Shown in pieces: positions 61,624-64,000 of a DNA stretch of 64,000 bases; the stretch's first letter is position 1; each line of letters begins with the position of its first letter. The translations under genes and the position numbers were made by a program. A model generated the notes under the pieces. That model made no database searches, had not been told where the DNA came from, and was given only the letters and a program-made list of their open reading frames with translations. Origin of the DNA: Glaucostegus cemiculus. Taxonomy: Eukaryota. The stretch is taken from positions 4,278,001 to 4,342,000 of the forward strand of contig CDPCPM010000151.1 in NCBI GenBank assembly GCA_976551045.1, read 5' to 3'.

Positions 61624-62711
61624 AAATTGGTGTAAATAGCTTAAAAATATTTAAACATATAAAAAATAATAATGTAAATTCAAGGCATATTAAAATATTC
61701 ACAAAACAGTAAAACCAACAAATGAAAGTAATTAAAAATATAGCACATACCTTCATCATTCACCTGGACAAGAGATCATTGAAATAAATGGGATCTCTGA
61801 TCCTACACCAGGTTTGACTGGCATAGGATTGGAGAAATGCTGGAAATGCCCGCAAGACAGTTTCACTGCTGAAATCCATGTGGAGTCCAGCAACGGAGCA
61901 ACGTGACAGATGGGGTAGAGGAAAATTGAGTCTAGTTACTGTGTGTCAGCAACATTGATTCTTAATATCACAAAGAAAAAATAGTATTAGTGAACAAGAA
62001 TAGGGGTTGCATGTTGCTGAAACAAAGTACTTCAGCTCTAGAAATACTAATTGCTTGTCCTGCTAATCATTTGCCAATTAATTTTGTGAAATATTGTTAC
62101 ATGGTTTCAGTGGTCTCTGGTACATCTGCTATGGTGTAAGCAGATCAGCAGAGCTACAATATAGCTCATTACTCGTTAATGATTGTACTGTGGTTTGGAT
62201 GCCAATGACTTATTTTAATCTGGTAAATTCAAGCATTCTGCCCATTGATCAAAAGTTCTCCCCTGACTCTCATTAAACTGAGAGCAACCTTTGCAGGGGA
62301 AGAAAGCAAAGACACTTGGTTTCACTTACCAAAACATGTACATTAAGATTGCAAGGCTCCCCAGAAGTTCTCAGCAGGCAGTAACTCAACTGAGGCCTTC
62401 ATCCCATTATTGTGGGTAATCAATGATTAACCAGAGAACTGTGTAATCATTAAGCACAAACATGAGGAAGACTGCAAACACCAAGTATAACGTAGAACAT
62501 TCTTGGACAAGGCTTTGAGCCTGCAGTTTTGGTCTATGGTGTTTTTTCACATACTGAATATACTAAAGGTACAATTTGACTGGGAATCATTTCTAAGGTG
62601 GAAGATTGTGACCAATTTCTGGAATTTCTACCCTTCTTCTCCCAGTTAATTAGTATGTGTCATATCCAAACCCTTTTCTACTTTGAGGACAGCCAACTTT
62701 CTAAGTACAAA

Positions 62712-63962
62712 TGCACAGAATAGTGTAAGAACTCAAGTGGGTCAAGCAGCATCTGTTAAGGCAAAAGGTGTAAGTCGAGGGCTGAGAGGGAAAGAGGAAA
62801 CTTTGACAGTGTATAGCAGTACGTGGGGGGGGGGGGGGGAAGTAGAAGCTGGCAGGTGATAGGTGGAACCAGATGGGAAGAGGATGATGGGTGGGTGGAA
62901 CCAGCTGGGTAAGCAGGGTGGGACAGAGGCTGCTAGGTGATAGGTGGAACCAGATGGGGAGGGGCTTCCCGAAGATGTGGCTTCCTGTCTGCCATTGATG
63001 ATGGAGCCCTCACACTCACTCCCTCCATTTCCCACACATCTGCTCTCACCACGCCCCCTCCCCAGACAGAACAGCAACAGAGCTCCCTAGATCCTTGTCT
63101 TTCATCCCACCAGACTCTGCATCCGACAGGTAATCAGCAAGCTCCAATGTGCACCAGTCCCATCAACACTTCTTCCCACCCACCCCACCTTTCTGCTTTC
63201 CACAGGGGTGACTTTCTTTGTGACCCTCTGGTCCACTGATCCCTCTCCACCCATCCCTCTCTGTTTCCTGACACCTTGCCCTGCATCTGTAGAAGGTGTA
63301 ACTACTCCCTCACCACCACTGAGAGACCAAAAAGCCTTTCCAAATGAGGTAGGGGTTCATCAGCCCCTCTGCCAACCTGGTCTATTGCGTTCAGTGCTCA
63401 TCATGTGGCGTCCTCTACAGAGGTTAACCATAGACTCAGTGACTGTTTTGTGGAGCATCCATGCTCTGTCTGCAACAGCCATCTAAAGCTTCCAGTTGCA
63501 TGTTATTTTGACTCCCACACTGACCTGTCTGTCCTCGGCCTTCTCTATTACTATGGAAGGACTAAATGCAAATTGGGAGAATAACATCTCATATTCCCTT
63601 AGGTAGCTTACAACCACATGGTGGTAACATTGAATTTTCCAATTTCAGGTAACCCACACCACCGGTGCTCTTCTCCATCCCCCCTACACAAACACACACA
63701 CACCTTTTCTTCTCCCTTTGTTCACCTTTGCCATCCCCTCCCCATCTGGTTCAGCCTGTCATGTACCAGCCCTCTATCCCAGTACCCCTCCTCCCACCCT
63801 TACTGCTATATTTTGGCAATCATTCTTCTTCCCTGATGCAGAGTCTCAACTCAAAATGTCAACTTCCATTTTTTGCCTCCACAGATGCTATTTGATCCTC
63901 TGAGTTCCTCCAGTGTTCTGTTTTTTGTTCCAGATTCCAGCATCTGCAGTCTCTTTTGTCTT
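62712..63962 (+). mobile_element. Penelope-like element: inverted 5' pseudo-LTR piece (62712-62960), decayed ORF C-terminus with GIY-YIG region, and 3' pLTR
   Basis: SAFHRGDFLCDPLVH, SANLVYCVQCSSCGVLY (GIY-YIG region), LPVACYF and HLIF.LGSLQP. The terminus cacagatgct..tgagttcctccag..agattccagcatctgcagtc is inverted relative to 62725-62765. Confidence 0.85.
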
Positions 63963-64000
63963 CAACTTTCCAAGTATCTCCTCCTTATATATTTTGATCT

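Overview
Vertebrate genomic DNA, inferred from its repeat content to be a cartilaginous fish (elasmobranch, probably a ray). It is intronic or intergenic, and I recognise no host protein-coding exon with confidence. A large share of the window is nested transposable-element debris: CR1 LINEs of several ages (one very young, with an uninterrupted ORF2 remnant at 39973-41535), Rex1/Babar, RTE, L2 and L1-Tx1 LINEs, V-SINEs with three head/tail combinations, ancient Deu-type and AmnSINE2-like SINEs, Penelope-like elements (PLEs) and short hairpin derivatives carrying hammerhead-ribozyme core motifs, two Tigger-like MITEs and a decayed PIF/Harbinger transposase. Most ORFs in the supplied track are TE fragments or chance frames. 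I found no convincing new multi-gene system. The most interesting signals are retrotransposition footprints: an RTE copy with twin-priming-like 5' inversion geometry, a fold-back copy of flanking DNA at a CR1 5' junction, an endonuclease-to-RT jump, SINE tail swapping, and a family of short TSD-flanked PLE hairpins with hammerhead motifs. Family assignments come from remembered motifs and by-eye comparison, not database searches. Boundaries of old elements are approximate (tens of bp).
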